From Lama glama (lineage: Eukaryota): 64,000 bases of DNA. The stretch lies in assembly GCA_028534125.1 (NCBI GenBank), contig CM052817.1, positions 58,530,001-58,594,000 on the forward strand. The letters are read 5' to 3'. Within the stretch, counting starts at the first letter, position 1, and every line of letters begins with the position of its first letter. Positions 25,681 through 39,042 of this stretch are shown here, piece by piece. The notes under the pieces are model-generated. The model was not told the DNA's origin and ran no database searches. It worked only from the letters and a program-made list of their open reading frames with translations. A program made the position numbers and the translations under genes.

Positions 25681-28600
25681 TGCTGCAAGGAAATATCTCT
25701 CTAGGAATCTGGAAAGCAAGGGACAGAAGTATTTTTTAGGGATACCTGAGCTCTGACGCTCTTCTAGCTCCCCAGACCACCCCAACCTCACTCATCTTTG
25801 TTAAGATGGCCTTGTTGTTGCTGAGTTTTGTCCAGAAGCCAAGAAAAGTTTGAGCGTCAAACGTTTCTTTAAGTAGAACAGCATAGATTGTTAGTGTGTG
25901 TTTTTCTGAGGTGGTAATATAAACCCAAATATGAAAGAGCAGAGGTAAAACAAACATTTGTCTATGTTCTCAAATCTGTCTGGAGGCTCCCTACAGGTCA
26001 TGTGTTAAGGACATCTGTGCACCTCTTTAGGGAGCCAGGAGCCAGGGGCAATCACATAAGACATACTGGTCTGCTCACACTCCCAATAGCCTTTCCTAGC
26101 CCTATATCTTCTGTGTCCTTTGCTAAATAATTTCTCATTCTTTTCTTTTAAAGGGTTTTCTACCTAGAAACTTAGATGATTGTCACCATATTATATACTT
26201 GTCATTCCATTAAAAATAAGTACCCTAATAAACATATACTGAATTTAAAAATTTTAGTAAGTTTTAGCATCTCAAAAGAGTAAAGACCTACTACATTTTC
26301 CAGGTAAATAACCTTGTTAATCTCCATGCTGCATAATGTTTAATGGTGCCACTTACATGTCTCCTGTGAGCCTGTACTCACAACATCTTAATTATTACAC
26401 ATACACTGAGACAAAGGAAATGTATGACAAACCTATTTAACTGATGCATCTAAGGAACGTTTAAACACTTTAAAAGAATTGTCTACTTTGGGCAGGCAAA
26501 TATTTATAAAATTACCCTTTAATAAATCAACTGTGCTTTCAGATTCTGAGGCACCTCAAGACAGATAAATAAATATGGGATGTTATTATTCTGCTCAAAT
26601 ATGTATCTGAAATATTGTCTTATTGCCATGCTAGAGAACTACTAAAATTGTTTTAGGAGATAGCTAATGTACATATATCTGGGCTAAGGAGAATAAAGAA
26701 AACCTGAGTAGAATTGCATGGTTTAAAGCAGTCTTACACCACATACACTCCGGTAAGATCCTACAATTTTGCCTGACCATTTAGACATGGCAGTCCTTCT
26801 TAATGTGTGCCTACTTCTATTTTCAAGGTCTTGTGATATTTTAATCTTTGCAAATGCTGAAGATACATGGCTGAGTAGTATTCCATAATAAGGACAGTGT
26901 AGTTTCTTGAACACATTACATTAGCTTATCTAGGTTCTTTAATAGATGTGTCCAGATTTTAACACTGTTAATCATAAATTACAAAATTATTTTATTTTAG
27001 CCCTTTATCACCAAAGCAATATCAAATGAAACAGTATCAAGCTTAAAATTAAATGATGTATTTTATTTTGTTCATTTCTCATTCAAATGTAATAGATAAC
27101 CTATTGACTCTCAATGTAATTTCTACTTTTTCCTTATTTTAAATGCATGTTTTTCATTCTTTCTAAAGATGTCTCTTTATTTGTGGAAAGAAATGAAAGA
27201 AACTAGTACTATCCCAGAAAGATGGGCTCAGTTTCATAATGTCAGAGTCAGGGTTAAAGCTCAAGAGAGGGGACTTCTAGGAATGAGGCTGATGATGAGG
27301 TTGGGCTCATTAAATCTTATTTTACTTCACAGTGGTCTGAATCTTCAAATTCTCTCTTAAAAATTGGCTAACATTTGTTAGTAACTAAATGGCAGTTATT
27401 GATCTAAAACTAGAGCTTTATATGTATAAACATATTTAATGGTCATGAAAATCTCAAGATAAAACTGTAAGAACAAATGTTAAAATATTGTTTCCATTTT
27501 AGAGATGTGAAAATGTTTTACAGTAATGGTTGAAAGTAATCTTATACCAAATTCATATGTTCCCACTTACTCTTTCCCAGCTGCAAATTACATTTGGATT
27601 TTCTGAATTATGAAGAAAATGAAGTAATTGTAAATTGTCAATGCAATTTATACTTCATTCAGGAGAGGAAATTTGTTAACAGGATGGGATGAGTCAAGAG
27701 AAAATTTCATTGAAGTGATCAGAAGAAGGTTGTGAACAAATGATAAAAAGGGGGGTTACACTTGATGACTTGGAAGGGTGTTATATGGATGGTTCACTGT
27801 TGAGTTGACTATCAGGTATAAGACTTAGTTCTTATCATATTTTGCAGTTAATGATTGTGTAACTTTTGGGAAACTCTCCAGGTTTCAGTTTCTTATAAAA
27901 TAAGATATGGGTCAAAATTATTTCTAAATTCTCTAGGTTTTTCTGATACTCTAAAGTTACGCTGTCAATAATACACCAAAGCCAATCCATTCCGTAAGTG
28001 TTTAATGCATGCCTTGCACAGTACTAACTACTATGGGAAGGAAGGAAAAGAAGGAAAGAAGAAGAAGGGAAAGGAGGGAGGGAGGAAGGGAAATTCCTAT
28101 CCTTTATAATTTAGTTATCAGAAAAAAAGGCACACATGTCAAAAATTCTGTGAACAATCCTTTTGTAACAATGAAAGTGCCATGGCAATTTAGAAATTCA
28201 TGTTTATTCTCATAGTCTTAACTGGGACAAATGAACTGAAGGAGAATAATGGCTATTGTGGCAGGTAAAGGAAACTGAACTAGGAGTCAGTATTTCAAAG
28301 AAATCCCAGTGTTTGCAATATCATCCTTATTGAGTGGAAATAGTAATAATTATTGAGCATCTATCATGAATTAGGTACTTCGATAACTAATTTATATATG
28401 TTAATAACCCTCAATTTTATTGAACCAAAGTTGGAACATTCAAATTTCAGCGATTAAAAGCACAACTTATTTCTTTTTCTGGTAGAAAAATTCTGTTTGT
28501 GTTATGAGCTTTTTCATGGCTCCTTATAATCAGGAAGTTGTCGAAATTGGGTGAGCAGTCACTTAATGTTGGCTGAGCAGCTAATTTACTTAGTCTGAAG

Positions 28601-30789
28601 GATGATGGTAACTTTCCCTTCTTAACTGAGAGAAAAGGTCAATAGAAATTAGGAAAGACAATTTCAGTATAGTTCCTTTGTGTTCGTTGTACCAGCTTTT
28701 AGTGCCAGTGAATGTTTTGTACCATAGACCAACTTAATGGTTCAAAATGTTCTATTCTTTGGGGGCATGGAAAATGGCTTCATGTTTGTTTGGTTTGTTT
28801 TCCTAAGCAAGTTTTCAGAGCTGAGATTTAACTCTTAAAATCTTTTTCATCCTTACAAAGAGTTAGAGCGCTTATTAAATGTGGCAATCTCTGCCAAATG
28901 TTCCCTTCAGTGTAAAAAGCTCCATTAAGCCAGGATATTGGGCACTTTCTCGCTACATGATGTGCATGTATGTTTAGGGGTGTGTGTGTATTTCTGTGTG
29001 TGCTTTAATTTATGAAACCAATTTAAATACTGTGTTCTTAAAAAGCTGACTACAATCCTAAATTTTATAGAGAAGAAAAGATGTTTGGAAATCATTTACT
29101 ATGCTGCCAAATCTGAATTCCAGTGAGCTACAATTTACCAATATAATGCATTCTTTATTAATATTGCCTTCTTTTGCTTTCAGAGGGCATTTAAAGAGAA
29201 GGCCAGAATTGGAAAAAAATGATTTTTTGCCTGATCCAGAATTTTTGATCTCTATATATTTTGGCAACCATAAGGGAACTAAAAGATGTACAATTGAAAA
29301 ATAAAATGTTAAATTTGAGGGCACGTACTTTGAATAAAAGCCTCAGATAATGTGAGCTTGATAAATTAACCTAGCATAAAATAAGGAATTTTGTGACTTG
29401 TGAGTCTAAAGAAGATTTAAAATGTATCTAATAGAATACAATATTGTAAAGAATCAATTTGTTAGCCAAATCATTGACCTGTTCAATGATAAGATCTCAC
29501 TTCTTTGCACATTTTCAATATATAAGATACCATGTGAAAGTCCTAGAACTCGAAGCAGAAGTGGATTTTAAGACCCTCTTTATTAGTTTACTCTTTGGGT
29601 AGATGATATTCCTTGAAGTATCATAGAGTATTAGATCTAGAACGGGGTTAGGGATGGAAGTAAACCTTTTGTTCACATAGGAGGAAAGCGCCAAGGCAAA
29701 GCACTGTGATTGTCTAGGTTCATGTGAGGTTTGTCTGTTCTTACATGACATTCAGTAGCTCATTTAGATGAATGTCAACAGTTTATGAATTTGCGGAGGT
29801 AAAAATTACTGTTCACATTAGTACATTTTGTTTTACTTACTGATATTATTAAACCAAGTATTTATATCTTGATACCCTGGTAATGATATTTATAATTTTT
29901 CAAAGAATTTTCTTTACATCATGGTACAAAATTTTCATTATACTTTGAGTGCAAGCACTGTTGGTATTAAATGAACATAGATTAAGATTATTTAGAGCAT
30001 TTATTGGTCAAAAGCTATAGGTGACCTAGCACAGTAATTGAATTCTTCACTACTACTTAAATTTATTCAATTATTAATATTTAAATTAATTTGAATGGTG
30101 TGTTTTCTTGAAATAACTGCTCTTATTAAAAACTCATTGGTTCCTTTCCCCAGATATAAAGCTTATATTCCAACTATCAATTTTAATTTATAGGCAGTGA
30201 ACATTAGAGTTGGATTAACATCATGCTGATTTTTTAAATTTTGTTTTAATTGAAAATAAAGTGTGCAACCAGTCAGGGTGAATAATGTCCACAGATCTGT
30301 GCACCTGTGTCTTGTGTGAATTTATTTACATTCACATTAACTATTAGCTCCCACCAAGCCATTCCACATTCAACAATCATTCATAAAAATACTTCGTTGT
30401 TTTTGTTATATATTTATCCAGTTGGATGACAGGATGGTTATTCTAACATGCTGAGTATTTAGTTAAAATTAATTGAGAAACTGCTAAATTTTTAAAAGCT
30501 ATAAACAGAAATCTATTTAAGTCTTATTAAGCAGAACTTACAAAACAAGAGCTTTCAAAAGTAGTTTAAATACCTGGTTTTGTTTTTAACCTAATTACCT
30601 ACATTTATAAAAATAAACCATAGTAATAAATGATAAAATAAATCCTACCTGAGTAATGCTGGTAGTTTTTGTGATATAAAGACGCAGATCACAAACCTGT
30701 CCTGAAGTTGGCTCACAGTTTTAGCAAACAGGCACATAAATAAATAATTTCAATGTGACATGATAATAACGAAAGGCTAGCACTTCTCT

Positions 30790-30990
30790 AGCTCTTTAGT
30801 TGTGCCTGCTGTGTTTTTAGTAGTTTCCTCTCACTTATTCTTCCCAGGAACCCTTAAGAGTGGGTTCTATTACCATCTTCATTTTACAGAAGACAAAACT
30901 GCTGCCCAGAAAAGATGGGTAACATGCCTAAAGTAACACAGTTAATAACTTCCTGAGCTGAAGTTGAAACCAGCCTCAGTCTCACTTGAA
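30790..30990 (-). mobile_element. MIR SINE
   Basis: tattaccatcttcattttacagaagacaaaactg...taacatgcctaaagtaacacag. Confidence 0.75.
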
Positions 30991-31264
30991 AAAAAGAGGC
31001 AGACACGTCTATATGTGGTTGCAGCAGAGGTGATGCTGAATTACACCTCAAGAGATGAGTAGGAATGTGCTAGTTAAGGGCTGTACGGTGAAGGAAAAGG
31101 AAATTCTTGAGGTGGTGGGGCCAGGAACAGGAACAGTTAAAAGAGCTTTGGGGGATAAGAGAAGAGATTTAGTGAGGGCAAAGAGCTGTGAGACCAGTGG
31201 ATGTCTGCAAAAACTGCAGCAGGTTCTTACTACCACAGCAGGGTCTGCAGGCTGTCTGAAGAGA

Positions 31265-31362
31265 GAAAGTCTTGGATGCCCAGACCGTGTCACAGACTTA
31301 CTGAGTCAGAATCTCTGCACTGGGGCCCAGATTAGTATTTAATAGAGTTATGTTAGGTGATT
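31265..31362. mobile_element. MER5-like hAT-Charlie fragment
   Basis: gatgcccagacc...cagacttactgagtcagaatctctg...ggggcccag. Confidence 0.65.
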
Positions 31363-32079
31363 AACTGTTCTGTATCATAATTTTCAGGATCCTCTACAAA
31401 TCTGTAAATTTGAAAATGAAAAGAAAGAAATGAAACAAAAATGTCTGGAATGAAGCCAATAAGGTAGATGAAAACCAGATCAAGGCCGATCTTTTAAATT
31501 GTCCTCCTTCTGGTTAGATTATTTCACAAAATAAGCAATATTTCAAAAGAATTCATACCAAGTATTAACACGGGTTAAAAACACAGGAGTAAAGCAGTGG
31601 TTCAACAAACAAAAATGAAACAAAAATTCCTTCTTTTGTATCCTTCCTTCATGTATCCTCTAAAGCAATCCATAATAAAATGCTGATTCTTACCTACTCT
31701 TTTATCCAGATACTACATCCCCACCCCCACCCCCAAGAAGCCCATTTATTTGCTTCTTGAACAAATCTTTAGGAAACCTTTCAAAAGATATGACCAAATT
31801 CAGCATTCATTGATCTATTCATTCATGTAACCTAAATATTCTCAATCTTGGTGGCAAATAAAGATGACCTGAGAAGCTTTTTACAAAGGAGTATAAAAGG
31901 AGGAAATTGATTTGTGTTTTTGTTTTTGTTTCCTGGTATCTGCTATGTGAAAGCCTTTTTATTCTGCACTCTAAGGAATACACGTGTAAGATAAGTACAC
32001 TACCCACAGGGACCTTGAAATCTAGAAAGGACGTAAGATACATACCTGCAAAATGTGGTAAGTTAAAATATTATAAGAG

Positions 32080-32620
32080 CCCCCAAAGGGCACAGATAAT
32101 GTGCTACAGGAGTTCAGGATATTGCAGTGTTGCTTACTGTTGAAAGCACTAGAGAAGTTTTCATGGAGGAGTGGGCATCTGAGCGGAACTGTAAATGAAA
32201 TTTGGATACTAGGGTTACTGGAGAAGGGCATTTCCAAATGTTTTGGTGGAGAGGTCATAAAAACTGAAAGCAAGTTAAGTGTCAGGAGAAGGATTATGAT
32301 TAAAAAGACTGTTAGAAATACAGTTGATAATTTGTCTTGGAAGTTGAACTCACTCAGGTTAAGTAAAGGTGAGGCAACTAAAACAGGACTTTGTTCTCAG
32401 TTTGAAGGGCCTGAATGCCAGCCTAAAGCAAGTGGAATTCATCCATGGCCTAAGGGAAATGTTGAAACCTTTCAGTAACGGAAGGGCATGCAGTACCACG
32501 TTTCAGAAAGATCCCTCTGGTGTTAGGGTGTGGGAAGGATTGGAGAGGGGAGAGACTGAGCTGAGGGGACCTCTTGAAATACGATAGTATAGACAAGGTT
32601 CTGATGTTTTAAATCAAGTC
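32080..32620 (-). mobile_element. L2 LINE remnant
   Basis: Purine-rich antisense L2 text (gaagggcctgaatgccagcctaaag, tttcagaaagatccctctgg). Confidence 0.6.
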
Positions 32621-33511
32621 TTTAGTCCCATATACAGATGAAAACTTAGAAAATGACAGAGTTTGTAAAACAAGCCCTATTTAACAATTGACATTACGTA
32701 TGTATTTTGTGATTGTTTCCTTCGAAAGAGTGAAGGCATAAAGAAATAAATAAATGGAATTAAAGCTTCATCTGCTCCCTCTTAAGGTCTTTCATAAATC
32801 GTATGTGGCATATATTTCCGTGTTGACTGTGTCCAGCTCTATGCAGGCAAATGGTTAACAATAAACAAATAAAAATGCCCTAATTCATAACATTTGGCAA
32901 TTTCTGTAGTGTAAATAATCCTTTCTGGTGACCAATTTCAGACGATTTGTGTGATGTAAATGAACATGAGTTTGGGATGTGTTAGGAGGAAAGTTCTCTG
33001 CTACCAATTTAGCAAAAGAGATGCCAAAATTCCATGGTCAGGATTTAGCTATTGGGACTGCACAGATTCTGGTGAACATGACAAGGTTACTTGATAATTG
33101 AGGGAGTCTGGAAAAGGATGAAATATGGAAGAAGAGGTAAACTATATGTGACTCTCAGAAACATTGCAGTATATAATACAGCAAAACAAAATTTAGATAA
33201 TGGATATAATGCTGAAGTAAATACTTTTTGTTTATTCCCCTCATTCCCTTTTTTGGTTTTCCTTTGTAGTGCATTGGTTAAGATGGTCGTAGAGGTATTT
33301 GCTACAGGAAGATGCTAAACTTCTTGTCTCCTCTGAGATGGATTGTGAAAGAATAATTTGGGTGAAGTTATTTTGGTTAACAGGTCACATAAACTATGTG
33401 GTGGATGTTTTCAAGACCACACCCCTCATGATACAGGGTCTAGAGAAGAGGCAGATGTCCCTCTTGCTACTCCTTACAGTTTCTTGACCAATGTCTTTTC
33501 TGCCTCCCTAA

Positions 33512-34070
33512 TGTTGCGGGAGAATAGGTTCTTGTCTCACGCAGGAAAGAATTTAAAAGCGAGGCATAGTAAAGTGAAAGTAAGTTTGTTCAGGGAGATA
33601 CACACTCCATAGACAGAGTGGGGTCTGTCTCACTCAGAAGGGGGAGCAGTTTAGGAGATTAACATTCCATAGGCAGATTGTGGGCCATCTCAAAGGCGAG
33701 GGGGAGAGAGATTGAGAGGTATGGGGGTGTTTAGTTTAAAGTAAAAGTAGATACACACTCCATAGACAGAGCATGGGCCATCACAGAAAGCAAGAGAGAG
33801 AGACCTGTTGTGGGGTAACAACAGGTTTTATGGACTCAGTAATTTCATATGCTAATGAGTAGGAGGATTATTCCAATTATTTTGGGAAAGGCCAGGAATT
33901 TCCAGTTCTTGACCTTATATGGTCCACCTAGGTCCATGGGTGTGCCATGAGGCTCAAGTTCTACTGGAAGTCGAATCTTCTGCCACATTGGTTCTAACCA
34001 CTTTGTCCTGTCCTCAGTTGCAGCGTCATTCCTTCAATGGTTGTGCCCTGACCCCTTCCCTCCTGTCTCA
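33512..34070 (-). mobile_element. ERV1-class solo LTR with internal direct repeats
   Basis: TGTTGCGGG...CCTGTCTCA ends; three copies of AGATACACACTCCATAGACAGAG-like unit; atttcatATGCTAAT octamer-like site. Confidence 0.8.
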
Positions 34071-34289
34071 CTTCTTGATTCAAAGCTTCAAGTCCATCAG
34101 ACTATTCTACTAGTTACCCCCTTTATTGTGGTCTTTGTTAGACCTCCATCACCGTCCTCCCCCTATTCTTGAAAGACTATAGATCCTTATTTATTTTTAT
34201 TATTTCCAACATTACTTCTGAAATAGTTTTTATGTATCCATTTGTTGCTTCATCTTGGTATATTGGCTCCCTGAACTACTGTTTTTTCA

Positions 34290-34700
34290 TGATCTTGTTC
34301 TCCACCCTCTCAGGTAGTGTGTCCAAGTGCTTACCTGACATCTCTATTCCCATGTCCAACTGGAATTTCAAACTTAACTTGAACAAACTGAATTACTGAC
34401 TTTTTTTTCCATTTCAAATGTGTTACTTTCGCATCTTTCCTATTCTGGTAAATTCCTACTTAATCCTTGTGTTTGTTTAGGCACAACATTAGAAATCATC
34501 CCTGTCTCCTGTTTCTCTCCTAGTCCATGTCCAAGTCATCAGGAAATTCTGTCATTCTACCTTCAAAATCTACATATTCTCCAACCAATTTTTACCATCT
34601 ATAATAATGAAACCTTGTCCAACCCATCATCAGCTCTCATCTCACTATAATCGCCTTCTTAAGCTTCCATGCTTGCCATTCTGCAGTCTCTTCTAACCTA
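34290..34700 (+). mobile_element. L2 LINE remnant
   Basis: tgcttacctgacatctct...ttcaaacttaacttgaacaaactgaa...ctaccttcaaaat. Confidence 0.65.
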
Positions 34701-34702
34701 GC

Positions 34703-34824
34703 TTTTGCTACATTTTACTTTAGGCAAGTTGCCAAATCCAGTCCACACTCAAGGGGAGAGGATTATACAAGAGTGCAAATACAAGAAAAGGGATCACTGG
34801 CCGTTTTAGAAGCCGCCTACCTCA
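34703..34824 (-). mobile_element. MLT1F/G-like LTR fragment
   Basis: ccagtccacactcaaggggagaggattatacaagagtgcaaatac...ggatcactgg...gcctac. Confidence 0.7.
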
Positions 34825-37013
34825 GGCAACATATCCAGTTTTAAATACTAGGTCTTGCACTTAGAATTTAAAGCTAGAATATTGCTAGCATTCTCTTGCA
34901 GACACAGATTTCAGCTGTCTTCCAGTTTGAAAGCTGCCAACACTGTCCTACTTACCAGCATTTAAAAGGTCTAAGAATGGAAAGGTGCTCTTTCCTTCCA
35001 GTTCAGTACTACACCAGCCAAATCTGCTAATGGAAAGCTGCTCCTTATAGTTCAAAATCAACGAGCAGCAACTTGCAACGCCTAAGGCCATGGCATCTGT
35101 GCTTTAGCTGAGACTAACCATGGACATTGTCTTTCTGATGTTGTTGGGGCCTAGAGGCTTTGTTGAGGCCCATTCATCCCACAGACCACCACTTAACACT
35201 CACAAAGATGTAAAAATATCTCCTTGCCCATGGGGAAAGTCTCTATAAACTGCAGACAACCTTCCAGGTTAAAACTCTTAGGATTTAAGGCTCAAGGCTC
35301 TCACTCAGACCTTAGCAGGAAAAAGCTGACTGCAGAGCTGTTGAACAGAATACAGTCTCTCTGCACGTGATCCAGCTAGCAAAAGAAAGAGGAATGAGCT
35401 GAGTCAAGCACACTGAGTTCATCCATCCCAAATTTACCAGCAAGGAAAGTGGTCCTTCCTTTGCTGGGCAGAGAAGCTGAGAGTGTAGCTCTAGGAGAGT
35501 TCCTTCTACATGAAAGGAAAGCCAGGAATGTAGAATAAGTGTTCCCCGCAAACTTCTAAAATTTACAAATGTTTTATTTGATGTATAATTTTATTTTCTT
35601 TAAATGCAGAAAATTAAACATAATCAGAAATATCAGTCTTTGACTTTATGATTTATTTATGTTTATGTTTGGAAAAGTCCTCCCCATTCTATAATTGATA
35701 GCTAACGTTTACCTATATTTTCTTCAAGTTCTTCTTGGGGTTGTTTTTATATTTAGTGTTTTAATTTATTTAAAGTTATCTGAATGAAATTTAAAGTTGT
35801 ATTTTCCCACCTAACATTTAACCAATCAGTTAAGTCACAGTCTATTGAGTAATTTGATGTATTTCTCTTTGCCTACTGAAGGTGCCAAAAATTTATAACT
35901 CTCAAAATTCTCAAGTAAAAGTCAGTACACTAGCTTTGAAAGAATTTTGATAATATGTGTGAAGTTAGCCAGTTATGTGCGTATTCTTTAATTGAGAATT
36001 TATAATTCTACAAATGTGTTAAAAGAAATAATCACAGATCTGTTTTAAGAATATCGTCACAGAGGTAATTGTAAAGAAAGGAATGGAGATGCCAGGATGT
36101 CAAAAATTAGGAGCCTTATGAATGAAGTTATACTTGTATGATGGAATTTCATGCCTTTGTCAGAAAGTACACTGAAGGAAAATATTTGATGTGAGAAAAT
36201 TCCTGAGAATGTAGTTAGGGGAAAAATTTAAAATAGAGAATGTGCGTTTATTCCAATTACATTGACAGAAAAAGACTGGGGAAAAAAGTACATACACATA
36301 TATTAAATCAATGATTATCTTGAACAATTAGATTTTTGTTTGTTTATCTATCTATTTACTTAGGAATTCCTTTTTCTCATTTGTACTTGTCACACTTGTT
36401 TATCTCCTCTAATGAATTTAAGATAACTGGAAGTAGGGACTATTTTTATTAAACGTACATCACAAAATCTGGTTTGTGTTAGATTCTCAATACTGCTTGT
36501 TAAATATTGTTAATGAAGTACAGACCATAGTTTCAGCTGTGGCAGCAGCAGAACATACCAAGAATGTTCGAGAAAATAAACAGATCAAGAGGTAGTGGAG
36601 ATTCAGGTCATAAGGAGGTGCAGCAACAACTGGTTTGGATTCAGCCTTAGAGACTAGAGATCAGGGACAGAATTTCTCCCCTTGAGAGAAATAGTATGTA
36701 AAAACAGAAACTCAGCCTTACAATATCTGTACAATAACTTAGGGAAATGAAATAGGGACTTTAAGGTTCAAATATCATGTACTTCCAGAATTGGGATATG
36801 AGTAGAAACTGTAGTTTCTTAAAATTGGAGAAAAACAAAAGCAAAATTAAAATGAATAAGTTTAGTCATTGCTGAGGTAACCAATACCATCATCAACAAA
36901 AATAGGCTGGTTTAAAGAAATATATTGCTAATAAGATTAGCTATTTCTATCTTAAATTACGTTGTAGTTTGTCTGGCATGAAGTCTTTGTGCTTTTGGAA
37001 ATTGACTTTTAAA

Positions 37014-38150
37014 CATTTTTTTAACATTTTTTATTGATTTATAATCATTTTACAAAGTTGTGTCAAATTCCAGTGTAGAGCACAATTTTTCAATTATACA
37101 TGAACATATGTATATATTCATTATCACACTTTTTTCTCTGTGACCTACCGTAAGATCTTATATATATTTCCCTGTGCTATACAGTATAGTCTTGTTTATC
37201 TAGTCTACAATTTTGAAATCCCTGTCTATCTCTTCCCAACCCCTGCCCCCTTGGCAACCACAAGTTTGTATTCTATGTCTATGAGTTTATTTCTGTTTTG
37301 TATTTATGCTTTGTTTGTTTGTTTGTTTGTTTGTTTTTAGATTCCACATATGAGCGATCTCATATGGTATTTTTCTTTCTCTTTCTGGCTTACTTCACTT
37401 AGAATGACATTCTCCAGGAGCATCCGTGTTGCTGCAAATAGCGTTATGTTGTCAGTTTTTGTGGCTGAATGGTATTCCATTGTGTAAATATACCACCTCT
37501 TCTTTATCCAGTCATCTGTTGATGGACATTTAGGCTGTTTCCATGTCTTGGCTATTGTAAATAGTGCTGCTAGGAACATTGGGGTGCATGTGTTATCCTG
37601 AAGTAGAGTTCCTTTTGGATATATGCCCAGGAGTGGGATTCCTGGGTCATATGGTAAATCTATTCCTAGTCTTTTGAGGACTCTCCATACTGTTTTCCAC
37701 AGTGGCTGCACCAAACTGCAGTCCCACCAGCAGTGAAGGAGGGCTCCCTTTTCTCCACAGCCTCTCCCGCATTTGTCATTTGTGGATTTTTGAATGACAG
37801 CCATTCTGACTGGTGTGAGGTGATACCTCATTGTAGTTTTGATTTTCATTTCTCTGATAATTAGTGATATTGAGCATTTTTTCACATGTCTATTGATCAT
37901 TTGTATGTCTTCCTTGGAGAATTGCTTGTTTAGGTCTTCTGCCCATTTTTGGACAAGGTTGTTTATTTTTTTCTTATTGAGTCATATGAGCTACTTATAT
38001 ATTCTGGAGATCAGGCCTTTGTCAGTTTCATTTGCAAAAATTTTTTCCTATTCCATAGATTGTTTGTTTTACTTATGGTTTCCTTTGCTGTACAGAAGCT
38101 TGTAAGTTTCATTAGGTCCCATTTGTTTATTCTTGCTTTTATTTCTTCTA
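37014..38150 (-). mobile_element. Young camelid L1, 5'-truncated (~1.1 kb), with ORF2 C-terminus and 3'UTR
   Basis: ORF 37337-37900 (187 aa) reads [43 protein letters not shown], the L1 ORF2 Cys-rich C-terminus; upstream ORF2 is frameshifted; TSD candidate GACTT(T/C)TAAA at 37004-37013 and 38152-38161. Confidence 0.95.
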
Positions 38151-38342
38151 AGACTTCTAAATTTTTAAACAAATGAGATAATATGGATTTTGTCATGGTG
38201 GTGAAGCTCTAGCACTGCTTGAAGGAGGAAGCTCTTGGAATGTAAATGATTCGTGTTTCTTCATACGTTTACCGTATCTTGATATAAAGCATACTTTGGG
38301 AGAACCCAATTACTACTTTTTTCTAACTTAATACTTAACAAC

Positions 38343-38817
38343 TGTCGACTGAAATAAATGCACAGCCTAAAAGTTGAGAGTTATGTTTTATTTGGTGGGA
38401 GGACTCAAGTCAGGATGACAGCCTCTCAGATCCTCTGAGGGACTGCTCTGAAGAGGTAGGGGAGGAGCTAAAATATATAGGAGCTTTGCAACAAAGACCA
38501 GGTAGTTGGAACAATAAAAGATTACTTGTTATCTAAAGAAAACCAGGCACCTCAAGTTAAAGAATTCAGTGCTTTTCTATGTATGGGAGGAAGCAAACAT
38601 TTGGGCTCATTGAATTCATTCCTTTGACAAGCACCTCGCTACCTAGGGTCAGTATCCTGTCCTTTCTTTAATTCTGAGTCCCCTCAAAGTGCACCATTGT
38701 GAGTGGCTGCAGAGGCTGGGCTGCAGGCCTGTCCTCACTGGGGGGTGGCAGCAGCCGCTGATGACTTGGTTTCAGCATTCTTTGTTTACTGATATGGTTG
38801 CAGTATTTTCATTCACA
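38343..38817 (-). mobile_element. MER41-like (cetartiodactyl) ERV1 solo LTR
   Basis: TG...CA ends, 4-bp TSD CAAC/CAGC; cctaaaagttgagagttatgttttatttgg and gcctctcagatcctctgagggactgctc resemble recalled MER41_BT/Vpa sequence. Confidence 0.85.
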
Positions 38818-38966
38818 CAGCAAATCTTCTGCTCCATAATATGGTTTCTGAATGGTTCTCTTTACTAAAAGGAAAGAACTCGAATAGGTTGCCACCCTGA
38901 CTTCTTAAGCCAAGTTTAAATTTTGTTGTTAGTTAATATGTTACCTAGTATCTGATTAAGAACAGT

Positions 38967-39042
38967 CTCTCTCTCTCTCTCTTTTTTTTTTTTTAATTGA
39001 AGTCTAGTCCAGCAACATGGATGGACCTGGAGATTGTCATTC
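38967..39042 (-). mobile_element. L1 micro-insertion with 5' inversion
   Basis: TSD TAAGAACAGT at 38957-38966 and 39043-39052; antisense L1 3' tip with poly-T joined to a sense ORF2 fragment. Confidence 0.85.

Noticed and set aside
28037..28092. Purine-rich tract giving the KEKKERRRRERR ORF (similar tract at 61905-61990)
   Set aside because: Low-complexity GGAA/GA sequence, not coding
31048..32587. Cluster of 70-125 aa ORFs
   Set aside because: They overlap MER5/L2 remnants on both strands, with no homology or splice support; consistent with chance ORFs
37337..37900. 187-aa ORF as a host gene
   Set aside because: It is the L1 ORF2 C-terminus in a 5'-truncated, frameshifted copy without EN or RT domains
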